From Lytechinus pictus (taxonomy: Eukaryota), in contig NC_087251.1 in the NCBI RefSeq assembly GCF_037042905.1, forward strand, positions 26,972,001 to 27,036,000: a stretch of 64,000 nt of DNA. The letters are read 5' to 3'. Made by a program: the position numbers and the translations under genes. Positions 14,711 to 27,728 of this stretch are shown here, in pieces (position 1 is the stretch's first letter; each line of letters starts with the position of its first letter). A model generated the notes under the pieces. It ran no database searches and had not been told where the DNA came from. It saw only the letters and a program-made list of their open reading frames with translations.

Positions 14711-17700
14711 ATGTGGTTTTCATATTTACTTTTAAAGAGCTTCATTACCACCCACGCATGTTGCTCAAGATTGTTGAAGTTCATACGACCAAAAAGATTT
14801 GATATTTCAATTTTTCATTCTGACATGGTTCGCTGAGTTTCACATTGCTACCTAATTCACATTCCTTAGCCCACCCCCTCATATCTGTCAAGCAGGTTTT
14901 TTTTTAAACCAAAGGGAAACTTTACATTACCTTGAACTTTGAGAACGTCCTATGTGCTTGATGAGATGGAGGGATGAGGGAGGGGGGGAGGACATTCCCA
15001 TTGCATTAAGTAGACCTTATGTACAACCATCTCGGGATGATGATGAAAAGCCTAGTGAAGCGATCTTTTAAATTGTTTCCTGAAGACTGGTTTAAGGGGA
15101 CAAAAATTAAAAGAAAGTAGATGAGAGCGGGGCATATAGTAATATGTAATAAGCTGTGCAAACCCAAGTTGCTGCTGAAAGATCAACTGTGTATCTCTTT
15201 TAATACACCGGTCTGCGTCCAACACCATCACCAGTTCACCATTGGTTCTGACACCCTATTGCCCCCCCTCATCCCCCATCGTCCAACCATAAATTTTGTC
15301 ACTTGCCCCTGAGAAATCGTTTTTTCTCAAACTTTGAGTTGTGTCACTTGGAGCTAAGCCATGTCGATAAATCATAATGATAGGTATGAAGTTATTTTAA
15401 AAGTACAGTGAGCCATGTTCACATGGTAATATCAGGTCTTAAGTTTTGAGTTTTGACAGTCCCCGAATTATGATGCACTATTTTGAACAGTCATGCAGTT
15501 TCACATGAGATTCTGGGAGCTTTCAGTGTCAAATACAAGATCCCACCCCACAGTAATTCATATAATTACTTTTGAATGTCAAATTTTATTTGTCTAAACT
15601 GGAAAGTTGTACCACTAGAATCTTAAATTAAATTGCAAACTGGAAGTAATTTAATTTGACAATTTTCATGTGAACCTAGCTTCATTAAGTGTTCAGGTCA
15701 ATGTTCATTCATTTCTTAGACTATTCATTCATCCAGTTGGAAATATCAAGTGTTTACCCTTGCTAAAGTATGAATTTCTGTAAAGCAAATATACATACGG
15801 TTCAATTCATGCACAAAATACTACATCGCATGGTCGAGCAACACCCCCTTGTTTATTTACAAGTATTGGAGAAGTTTTTATACATGGAGCTGAAGACTTG
15901 CACATTGACTTACATGTAGAAGTCTTGGAGATTATCCTAAGATATATTTTCTTTATTATCTCAGAATCTGGGATATAATTTTGAAATAAATGATATGAAT
16001 ATATCAGCAGGAAAGATGGATTTATTTGATCCATTTCTTGAATTATTTCTTTGAATATAGAATAGGGCCTATATATTGGCTTGTTCAACTTCTTTGAGCA
16101 TTCTAGTATCATTGTATTTGACAAATCATAAAGATTAATTTAAATCACTTTTTAGAAACGATGGCTGGGTATGTTTTACGAGCACAATTGCCCCCCAGAT
16201 TACTCTATATTTTATTTTATCATCTAAAATTCCTCATCATTCTACATTGAAAATTATGTAGGCCTATGAAGGTGTATTTATTTACAAAGGTATAATTTAT
16301 AGAATACTGTTTAGATTTTTTTGTGATAAAAATTGATTGTAGTTTCCAGTTGCTTTTTCATGTATTTTAATGTATCCCAAGGTAAATTTGTCCTTCATTA
16401 GAATGTTCTTCATACATGTAATTACATACTGCTTCAAGGAAAGTCTGTTTCCATTGACAGAATTGTGATTTATGTATTGTGCACAACTCCTGCTGCTCTA
16501 AACTATACATGCATACAAAATAAATCCAGATATGCTTTAGATAGTGACTATATAGTCAAACTCTGAAATATCAAATTAAAAAAGTAAAGATTATCTGTAA
16601 ATCTGTTTGGGCCTACATGTATTTATAGGCTTATTCAAATCAATCAAATTTAATTTCAAATCAAACAAATTTAAAGTATGGACCACTACTATAGTGTACA
16701 TGTATGTACTTGATGCTATATATGCTACTAATGTGCAGTAATGTTTGCTTGTACTACTTCTGCTACTGCTGTTACTGCTTATGCTATTCTTCTAGTACCA
16801 CCACTGCTGCTCCTACCATTACCACCACTGCTCCTACCATTACCACCACTCATGAATAGTCCAGTGTAAGTGCTAAATTGTTCCCATGCAGTTACACCAT
16901 GGGCTTGCAGTTGAGACTTTCGTCTGATTGATTGCACAGAGTGGAATTCTTAAAGAACTCATCATCGGACCAGACACTATTGATATGTATGATGTGATTG
17001 TGAAGACCTGCTGTAGGCCTATATCTTCATGATACTTTGATCGCTATCCAGTCTCATATGTGGCTGCTGTCCACCTCTCCCCCCACTCCCTGATATTATA
17101 CTAAGAAGAATATAGCATGATGTGATGTACTTGTTGGGCCGACATGTATCCTTGAAATGTATTGTCAATTTATACTGTCTGATAAGCAGTAAAGATACAT
17201 TGTCTGGGAGGGTCTTTTATTTCTGTGATTCTGTGTGTGACCATGAGCTATGACAAAGGCAAATACGTTAATATGCATTGAGATTTCGACACAGCACTAC
17301 CAGCAGATAATGCAGTGGCCCAGCCATTTAATAGAGTGTCATCTTTCATCAGTGCGTGATTGCATTTCTGATTTAAAGGTGTCAATAGACATAATCAAAA
17401 ATCAAAATGATTCTTTACTTCTTTATTCCATTAAAGGGACGTCTAATTTGCAACATTCTTTTGGGCATAAAATATTGAGGTTAATTTATTGTATATTGTG
17501 AAGACTGAAATACGAGAATGAAAGCAACTGGATGTTTGAAAATATTAGGTTTAGTAGGTAATCTTGACTGTAAATCAAAGGTCTCGGAGTTTATTGCCAT
17601 CTTGACACTGATTTCATGTAGGTCCTTTTATACCATTGCTTTGTTGCACTTTCCTATTCTGACTTACAATAATCCATACTTGGAGAGCAGCCAGATAGCC

Positions 17701-18274
17701 TTTCAGAAATCAATAAAAGCAATTCATTCAGCGTTGTGTGTAGGTCTACGTGTACATTCCAGGAGAAAAAGCCAAGAGTGTGCAAATATTGCTTAGCCTA
17801 TGGACAAGCTTAAAGATGATATACCTTGGTACTATTAGCATTAATATGCAGGCCGGGGCTTCAACCCACACGTTTTTTGGTAGCCATGTACAAAAATTGC
17901 GGAATAACCACCAAATTGTGATTTTATAAACGTTGTGCCCCCTTAAATTTGTTCTACAGTCCCTGGCACATGTCTGTGTGAACTGTAATATTGTAAATAT
18001 ATTAAAAGGTTTATTTACTGTGAAACAATATGAGAAAGGTTTTAATTGTTCTATGGGTAGGCCTATATTGTAAAAGCCCTGTCAATTTGTCATTATATTT
18101 AGAAACAATTTCTGTGTTTGTAACATGGCTTGTTGATAACATTATGTTGTCGCGTCAGGCCAGTTTACCTCTTCATTCAAGAATTTTGCTATAATTTTCA
18201 CAAAACATCAGGGAAACTAGACCCTACCTTACAGGAATTTAGGGTGCCCTTATCTCTCGAATTGTTGGGTTTAC

Positions 18275-18771
18275 CCCGGGGGGGGGGCACTCGACCAAAA
18301 AAGTGGTAGGGGTGTGCCGCGGGCGAGACAAAAAACAGGGCCTTGGAGCGGGCTTATTGTAAAAAGGAGGGTCCTTGGAACGGATCGCCAGCGTGTGAGT
18401 GCGTATGCATCCCTATGGAACGGGCATGTGTGCATGATGTAGCTAGCGCGGCCTTCGCCGGGTGCGCTCGCGCAGAGGCGACGGTCGGACAGCGTTCTGC
18501 TGCCGCTTTTCACCAAAATTGCAGCTCCTTGTAGCAGATCAATGCGACCGGAACGGCGTAACGAAAACGTAACGAAGCTCTGGAGCGAATTTCTTTGTTC
18601 TTTTTTTTCGATAAGAAGAAAATGCTATGCTTTGGAGCGGCTTTCTTTGTTCTTTATCTCAATAGGACAAAAATGCTATGCCTTGGAACGGAAATTTGAG
18701 TGTAAAAATGGGGGTCCCCTCTGCGGCACATAAACACTATGCATTATATACTGAGTGCCCCCCCCCCCGGG
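18275..18771 (+). mobile_element. Non-autonomous DNA element, TIR CCCG(G)nCACTC...GAGTG(C)nGGG (copy 2)
   Basis: TIRs; flanking direct repeat (G)GGTTTAC on both sides. Confidence 0.85.
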
Positions 18772-19830
18772 GGTTTACGCTGCGTAAACCTACTCAATTG
18801 CCCAACACGACAACGGAGTGTGAGGACACAAGTCTGCAACATTGCTGTATAAAACATAGGCCTATGTGATAGATATCACATTTGAATGTAACCTCAGCAG
18901 TCAGCATACAAATTCACAAGCTGTGATCGGGCATGAAAGACACAACCTTGAAAGCAATATGAGCTTATTATCTCCCCACAGCATGTAACCATGGTCGACA
19001 ATCAGCCATGCAAGATAGCACAAGCATATGTTACGTGACTGTCTAGTGCAGTTTGAGCCATTAATGTTTCTGGTTCCCCATAGGCTTTTAAGACTGAGTA
19101 CAGGGAACGATTTTACTTTACAAATTTGAATAGAATTTTTGGTCACAAGAGAAAAGCTCTCACTAATTAATGTACATTCCGTTGTAAAGACATGCTATAC
19201 AAAAGACCTAATGCATAAGCAGTCTTTTAAAAATGTGGAGCAAATTGCGATGTGATACCAGGAAAATTATTCCCTGGAGTAATTCTATCTCTTAAAACGG
19301 AATATGTGTGCACTTGCATTAACCCTCTCTGGAAGCATTTGATGAAAGATTAGAAAAATAGAAAAAAAGTAAAAAGAACTGTTATGTATCACAAGAATTT
19401 TTAAAAAACTCTCCTAGGAAAAAGATTGATAAGAGAAAGTTGTAATGATTTTTTTTTTCTCAAACATACAATACTTATAACCATTTTCAGTTTGATGAAT
19501 TAGTCCTGGCAATCAATATATATGGCACTTTGATTGTACTTTAAGTGCTGCGGTCTCAAAATTGATGTCAAACTGTCTGTTTTTGCAATCGCCAATTTTG
19601 ATGAATACTGCGAGGTATGTCATGAAAGTACCGACCATCAATTTGTTGTTAGCTACCAGCAGTGATGCATTTTACGGAATACAAGAAGCTATACAGTCAT
19701 CATCATTATTACACAGATTGATGCCAATGTACCATTACTAAAAGGGAAAAACATTTCATGTATACCATCTGAACAGCTTTCAAATCCTTGTCATGTCAGT
19801 TAGTACCAATATAAAAGTCAACTGCAAAGG

Positions 19831-20104
19831 ATAATAATAGGCATTTGTATAGCGCCATCTATCTAAAATCTATTCGGAGGCGCATTGTTATTATTATTAT
19901 CCCGACTTTAGCTCGAGCCGCCTTTGAGCGCTTGTGCATTCAAGGAATCAATCCTATTGGGTACCCATTCACCTCACCTGGGTCGAGTGCAGCACAGTGC
20001 AGATATATTTCTTGCTGAAGAAAAACATGCCATGGCTAAGATACGAACCCACAACCCTCTGTTTTGATAGGCGAGAGTCAGAACCACTAGACCACGATGT
20101 GCCC
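19831..20104 (-). mobile_element. tRNA-derived SINE
   Basis: Minus strand GTGGTCTAGTGGTT A box, GGTTCGTATC B box, ACCCAGGTG..AATGGGTACC core, (ATT) tail. Confidence 0.78.
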
Positions 20105-20599
20105 ATTCGATTGCTTCTCAAATGCTGTCAAATTCATGTAGTTTAATAATAAAGAATGTAGTTCAGAAGTTGATTAGTAGCTCAATGTGAGGAGTATCGT
20201 TAGGCCTGTATCATAATGCATAGTGATTAATCAAAAGGCTGATTTTTTTAACGATTGATCATAGGCAATAATCAATGCAATCAATCATAGAAATCAGCCC
20301 AACAATCAATTCCTGATTCTTTATATTACGGGCCAAGGTCAGTAGGCTAGTGCCCTACCGTCATTAGGAGGTTCCTCAGAGAGGATTAAAAGCCATCAGT
20401 CCCTTGGTGGAATTTTACAAACATCCCTTAAACATCTCCAGTAGATGTGAACCTGTTGTTTTAAAGATGAAGACTTGTGTCTAATTAACATCCCCTCCCT
20501 CAAATATTTTTTTAAATATAGACTGTATGACCTCTGCTTTATACATGCAGGATTATAACTCATTGCATATAATTAAAGACATTTACAAAAAGTAATGCA

Positions 20600-21070
20600 T
20601 TAAAGGACAAGTGAACCCCAACAAAAAGTTGGTTTAAATAGAAAGATAACACTCAAGCAAGCGTAACACTGAAAATTTACTTAAAATCAGATGTATAAGA
20701 AGAAAGTTATGACATTTTAAAGTTAAATTTTTAATTCTAAATCTCACAAAATATATATTTACATTCTGGTCAGTATGCAAATGAGGGGACTGATGACATC
20801 ATCCAATCACTAATTTCTTTTGTATTTCATTACCTGGAATATGAAAAATTCTAATTATCTCCTCATTGTCATATGAATCAAAGTTTTATTCCTCCCTGAA
20901 CATGTGTAATTATCTTTGTTTTAGCATTTTGTGGTTCAAACTTGAAGGTCCTTATTGTCAAATCTGTAAAAAAACAAAACAAAAACAAATACTGAGTGAA
21001 GGACATCATCACCTCAACATCACCAACAAAGGCTGGATGCAAATGAGGGAGCCGCTGATATCACACACTT
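20600..21070. mobile_element. Kolobok-like MITE, truncated
   Basis: ttaa|AGGACAAGTGAACCCCAAC start; homologous to 39810-40414 and 56195-56785. Confidence 0.75.
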
Positions 21071-21311
21071 TAAGTATCAAATTAAAAATAGTAAGAATTG
21101 ATTCAATGATGATAAAACCTGCTTCAACATTTTGAACTTGATCAATTGTAATTATTGTAGTATATTTGGGGAGCTTTTTATCAAATCTTTGAAAATAGAA
21201 AGGAATGAGCATGATGATATTTTAGTTATTTACAATTTTGTAACTACTTGTGTATATTTTTGTTTCCATTTGTGCAAATCAACTTATTGCAGTGTTGGAC
21301 TTGGCCTTTAA

Positions 21312-21655
21312 CGGGGCTGTTAATAAAGCTGTTCATAATTTAAGAGTGACTTTAAGAATGACTGGTGATCCTTTCTTGTGGTCAATGATATCTACAATTA
21401 TTGGTGATTATTTAGCCTGTAAGAAGGGTTCACCAGCCATTCTTAAAGTCGCTCTTTACTTATGAACAACTTTCATGAACACCTACCTGGGGGCCGTTTC
21501 ATAAAGCTATTTGTAAGTTAAGAGCGACTACCTTTCTTACGCGCTAAATTACCAACAATGAACATTTATTGGTGAATATCATTTACCTCAAGAAAGGATC
21601 ACCAGTCGCTCTTAAAGTCGTTCTTAACCTATGAACAGCTTTATAAAATACCCAT
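21312..21655. mobile_element. Two adjacent copies of a ~175-bp palindromic MITE
   Basis: TTTCATAAAGCTGTTCGTAAG...CTTATGAACAGCTTTATGAAA-type arms; same family at 38177-38356. Confidence 0.82.
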
Positions 21656-24600
21656 TTGGAACCTTGGGAGATAAATATCGGGAAGGTTCACCGCATGGAT
21701 TATGTAATTAGAGGAGCCAGAGGAGATTTAGCCCATAGTTGAATCTATTATTAAAAAGCCTGTTCATACAAGAGAGAAAGGGCTGCCCATAATAAATTTC
21801 CTGAAAATTAACAACAGTATGTGGGCGCAGAAATCTTCAATCAATAGTCTTAATGAACAGGCTGTAAGAAAAATGTGTAGACATCTACTCAGAGTTTCTA
21901 GAGTTTCATAACATCTGTGTTAAATGATAGCTATGACATCAACATCATATAGTGGAATATTTGGTCTACTGAGCAAATTATTGACCTGAAAGTTAATCTC
22001 TTTTTAAAATGGATTTTCTTTGATAGAGATAATCTCCATCGAAATTGAATGATTAACCTGTGATCTCTTGATGAAATGGAAGGGCTGAAGTTTCCTTATG
22101 AGAGATATAATACACCTCCTTTGAGGGGAAATTGTTTTTCTTCTATGGCTCAATAATTTCAGTGTATGAAAGTTATTGATGCTTGAATTCTATTTACCTT
22201 ATCTCTTAATACCTAGACAAGCTTCTCAATGAGTTTGAAGTGTCAGAGTCCAGGAATTGCTTGCCCCACCCCTTTGATATGGAATACAATATGTACATGT
22301 TGAAGGGTGTTTCAACAAGCAGTAAAACTAGTAAAAAAAAGAAACCATTATATCCAATTTTGCAGGCATTTCATGTTGCTATAACAGCAAGCTCATTGGT
22401 AAACTTCACATTATCGGTATACTTGTTTGGCTTTTAGAAATATGTATTGAGTTTGATCATAGCAGATTCAACCATTTGTTGTCAATCCTAAATACATGTG
22501 ACTGGGCCTTATTTCAAACCATCTCGTGAACTTGATGGAATTCTGGATCAGTACGAGGCAACTGCACCTTGCCTCATGTCAAGTAAAATGAAGTTATGAA
22601 ACATTAGTTACGGATGATTACCGAGTTGACCTTTGAAGTGACATGTTTTGGCTGTCTTCCTATGTTCTGAACTTTAACTCAACTCACACTCATCGTCCAT
22701 CGGTAGATGAAGACTCATTGTAAGAGGTGCTACTCTGGCATCTCATCATTTTCTTCTTCCTGTCCTTCTTCACCTTCTCAACTATCACTCATCATGAGTA
22801 GATGTAGACTCATCATCAGGGGTGCTCCTCAATGCTCTTCTCCTTTTTCCATTTCCTCTTTGTTTTCATCATTATGTTCTCTTCTTTCATTCCCTCTTCT
22901 TTGTTATCATCTTCTCGTCTACCTTTTCTTTCTTCTTACCATCTTTTTTCCATCGCCCTCCTCCCCTTTCCTTTCTCTTCACTCTTCCCTTTTTTATTCT
23001 TTTATTTCTTCTTCTTTTTCTCTTTTCTTGTGTGTCAGAAATCATGTTGCCATGGTAACAATGTATATGGCAAAATTGGGTAAAAAATTCTTGTGGTTTG
23101 AACTATTTCATCATTTTTGGGGATGAAGATGGGCAAGACATAAGATTTCCATGTGTTGGAAACTGCCTTATCATTGGAACGACATAGGGCATACATATTC
23201 ATCACCTTCAGTGACATTAAAACACATAAAAAATTGTTCTTCTCTTCATGTATCTGTCCCTTCTGTTTCTCCTCCAATCCCTCGTTTCATTTACCTCCCG
23301 TAATGACCCTTTACACCAATGTTATTTAGGTCAATGTACATTAAGAAATTAAATCCTTGAAGTTCTTTTTAAAGTCTTATTATAGTATATGCAGTTAAAA
23401 GTGACTCCATGTGCATTCTACATGGAGTAGATCCCAGTAATTTTGTGAGAAGATGTCTTTAGACAAGAAACTGTCAATAAGAATATTTCATTGCCCTTGG
23501 TATGACAAAAATGACTTTCAAGTAACACAATGATTTTTTTTTTCTACCATCCCTGGTTCAGTTGAGTGTATAGACTAGGGTCTGGTTTCATGAAACTTCT
23601 TATAAATGCACTATAAAAGCTGTAACAAAATAACTATCAGCCAAGCGGGTTGAGGATTTCAGTAGCTTTTAACTGATATTGTAAATTTGTTATTATAACA
23701 AGTTTTATGAAAAAGTCTCCTGGTGCCAGTGCAGACACCTTAACCTTACCTACCAAGGTTGTTAATATATGTATGACATATGAACTTTGAAATATAACAA
23801 TCACTCTCAGGGTCAGAAAAATTCCATAGCAGCCTGCTGTAATGTTTTTTTTAAATATTGGCCAAATGTCACTTGTTTTGTTAATTTTTATGATTTTATA
23901 TCAAATCACTGTTCTATGGATAGAGTATTTAATTTCAGTTATCTGTGAATTTAGGAAAGGAGTGCAGGAGAAGAGCATGTAATTAGTGAGGGCACTCTGC
24001 CAAAAATGTTTTTTTAATAAAAAAAGAAAAGAAAAAAAAAGCATTGGAAAGTTGCAAAGGGCCCCCTGAAATCTAAGTGGGAAGTGCATATGTAGTTCCT
24101 GAATAGAAATATGTTTCTGTGATAAAGGGGGGGGGGGGTGTAGTGGCTTGCATGTAATTGAGGCATCAGAGTGATAGGAAAGAAAGTTCTTGAAGACACT
24201 TGGATTGGCATATTGTTTCATGGGAAATGTAATTTAATAGAAGACTGTGCATGGGATATATAAAGGGAAAATGTAAGGAAATGGAACAGTAAAAGGTAGA
24301 GAGAGGTATTGTTAAATATGAAATACTTTGCAATATCCATATTTTTATTGAGAGAAGGAAGCCAGTGAAATGGAAGTCTGAAAGTAATGTACAAGCTAGA
24401 TCGATACAATCTTGCATTCGTCCATTGGAGGACCAGGCAAATTGCCCTGTATACTTCAATGTCTAGAATGATCTTGTCGCAACCAATCAGGCTGGCTAAA
24501 TATCTTCCTGTAGGCTGACATCTGCTTCCGTAGATCAAGGAGGATAATCATACCTGAGCTGATCAGGTATGGTGGGGAGAGGATGAAAGAGAAAGAGAGA

Positions 24601-26157
24601 GAAGGGAGAAAGGATGAATGCAAAGAAAAAATGTCGAGATGAAGAGGGAAGAAGGAAAGAAAAAAAGATAGGTAGAGTGAGAAGATGTCAAGGTTGTGTG
24701 TGTATGTGTGTTGGGGGGGTTAGAGAAGGGTAAGGAGTGAGTGATGGAGAAACAGACAGAAAGTGGGAGAAATAAATAGTTTGTAGACAATTTTGCATCT
24801 CTGAAGCCGGGATGTACTGCTGATAATGAAGGAAGGAAAACAACAGTAAAGAAGTAGGAAATACAACAACAAAAATGTTATTATTTGGAATAGAAAAGTT
24901 GGGAAAACAGAAAGTATTTCAGCGAAGATAAGAATAAGAGCTCACATTGTTGATGCTTCTCACAATGTTGCTGGGTATGTGTGTATAAAGATGGCTTATT
25001 AGCGCACTGTCATCATGAGTTAATCAGTACGAGTGTTGCAAGTTTGATCAGCTTTCAACCGCAGTTGGATTTTATTGATGGAGTTATGTTAAGGATAAAG
25101 TCATCAGACAGAGGCACTGCCACATTCCAAAGTCACATGGATGTCTTTGTTATTAATAGATCATTAATTAATCAATTAACTAATTCGTTCAGTTGATGTA
25201 AGCAGATCATTAAGTCTTGTTTTACTTTTTCAGTCATTTAAAAGTTAAATTAATTAATTCATTCATTTGAAGCGTTTTGGGCCTTATGGGGTAAAGCGCT
25301 GTATAAGTATTATTATTTTTATTATAAAAGCAGATAGAAAAGAAAATCAATGAAGATTTGGACAAAAACAATTTGTGAAATGATGTAGAATATGAATTTC
25401 TAACACGGATCATAAAATAACAATCATTATTTAAAGTAAATTGTTAAATGTTCAATACTATGTGTATATGAAATAAACAAAAATGCTCAATCCTTGAGCC
25501 ATTTAATGAACGGTATACATTGCATGCATTGTCATTCAATGTGCTGTATCATGGCTAGGACCCTAGCTGTTACATAATGTACTGATCACTCGTAGGGCTG
25601 CTTTTGACGATTGATCATATATGATAGTAAATGCTATCAATCGTAGAAATCAACATCACTATCACCATGCTTAATGATACAGGGGGCCCTGGTCATCCAT
25701 TCTACAACCAGCCTCCACAAAGTGAGGTTCTCCCCCTTCGACCGAAGCCCAGGCCCCGCCCCCTTATTCCATTCTCAACATTCCACCTTTCCAAACATGG
25801 CATTTAAAGGATGTGAGCTAGAGTTGAAAGGTCATAGCCTGGCATTCCTATCCCCTTAAAAATGACTGTCTGTCACTCATCAGTCCCATGCGCTTGACTG
25901 TACACACTGATCCAGACTTCAAAGCTATCAATAAGAATATCCATGTAATGCAGTGAAAAGCTTTGCGGCATTCTCTTTGTATCCATAGCATGCACGCAGG
26001 CTTGCTATGTCATTCTCCGAAGTTTGTTTGAAAAACAAATTTGAAGCAAGTTTCAAGGAAACGTCAATGAATTTCAGGAAATGGGATTCGGGTAAAAGGG
26101 ATTTTTTTTTTAGCTGTCGAAATACTGTGTGAACATCTTCATCCTAATGTTGCACAT

Positions 26158-26465
26158 AATGATAATTAACTTTTATTTGGTGCTTTATACATTGAAAAGA
26201 CGTCTCTTAGCACTTTACAGATATGTTATTACTGTAGTCATCGGATCCTGGTATGCCCGTATACAGTATAGGCCCTATGACTTTCTCCACTCCCTGGGGA
26301 ACAATCCAAATAGGCATACTACGTAGTCTTTTGCATCTTACTGGGTAACCATTTAACACCTGGATGGAGAGTGGCAGAGTGTGGATTGATGCCTTGCCAA
26401 AGGATGATATGCCGCGGTTGGATTCCAACACACAACCCTCTGATTACAAAGAGTCAGAACCGCTA
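26158..26465 (-). mobile_element. tRNA-derived SINE (degenerate)
   Basis: Homologous in opposite orientation to 37258-37550. Confidence 0.72.
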
Positions 26466-27658
26466 CAAAACAATGTTTCCATAATGCATATATAAACCTT
26501 CTTAATGTGTTCAATCTGCGTGGTTGTGTTAATATGCTACAGAGCGTAAGAAAGGAACAAGCCAAAAAAAAAATATTTTGCCTGAGGGCTCTTTTTGTTA
26601 GATTGTTCTTTGGGCCTGATGTTGCCATCATAAAATGATGAAAAGTGGCCCATTTCTGCCATGTAATAAACCAGAATTAAAAGTACAAGGTTTTACATCA
26701 AGCTAATTAAATGTGTATTAACACTATTTTTTGCCCCAAGAAAAACAAAGAAAGCCCCCATAAAGTAGAAAATAAGGCTGGCATCATGTGGGGAGGGTGT
26801 TTATCACCTTCAGAGTTATTTCTAGTTTATTTAACAAAAGGGTCAATAGTGTTTTTTTTCTGTTATGGATCATAGGGGTAGTTATGAAATAGGTAATTGG
26901 TCTACATGTGCTTTATCGACTAAAGTCTCATCCCACTTGGTCTAATGTACTTTTCATATTTCCTCTATTTACCAGTTTGTCTACAAACCACTTGGTTCCG
27001 AATTCTCCATTTGCGATCTCAAAATTCTATGGTGATTGACTAGCACGCGCCCGGCAGAAAAAGTGTCATATAAAGTGTGATCTTCATTTGTGCATGATAG
27101 TTTTGCATAGCTTTAGACAAGTATTCAAGCCGACAAAAGTATGATAATTGTATCAGATGGAGGTAAAAATTCCATAAAATAGGTTGGCATCACATTTTTA
27201 CTTTCTTGTTTGACGACCTTTGCACTGATTTCTCAATGATTTCTTAATGCTTGTTGAGAAGTTCGGATTTTCTCGGAATGGATGCACAAAGTAACAAACT
27301 TTTGCAGATGCTTTGCCAATAATTTCATAAATAAAGACCTTATTTTCAAGAAAATTACTCATTCAGGTAATTCTAGGTTGCTTTTTCTGTTTTTGACGTA
27401 TGCGACTGCGCAAAATATGGTAATGTGCAAATTATGGTCACACCACTATAAATCATAAGATATGTCTCAATGAATGCACCAAATGTCCATATTGCTATTT
27501 TTACCCACTAGCTTTATTTTCATCAGAAATGTAATTGGGCACTTAACATCAAATCAATTATGGCTAGTGGAGGTGCAAAGAAATAAAGCACTAACATGTG
27601 ACTTGTGGACCCATTCCGTATATATTGGCTAAACCCATGCATTTTCTTTGTCTTTCAG

Positions 27659-27728
27659 GACATTTGTGCGAATCCTCAGCTTTTCGTAGGTGGCACCAGC
27701 CGATTTGACGTTGAACAGGGACAGCTAG
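27659..27728 (+). CDS. Calpain exon (70 nt, phase 0-1): [23 protein letters not shown](G)
   Basis: tctttcag|GAC ... CTAG|gtgaga; matches the pre-active-site segment of CysPc. Confidence 0.95.

Noticed and set aside
22707..23126. Ser/Phe/Leu-rich ORFs in three frames
   Set aside because: CT-rich low-complexity DNA.
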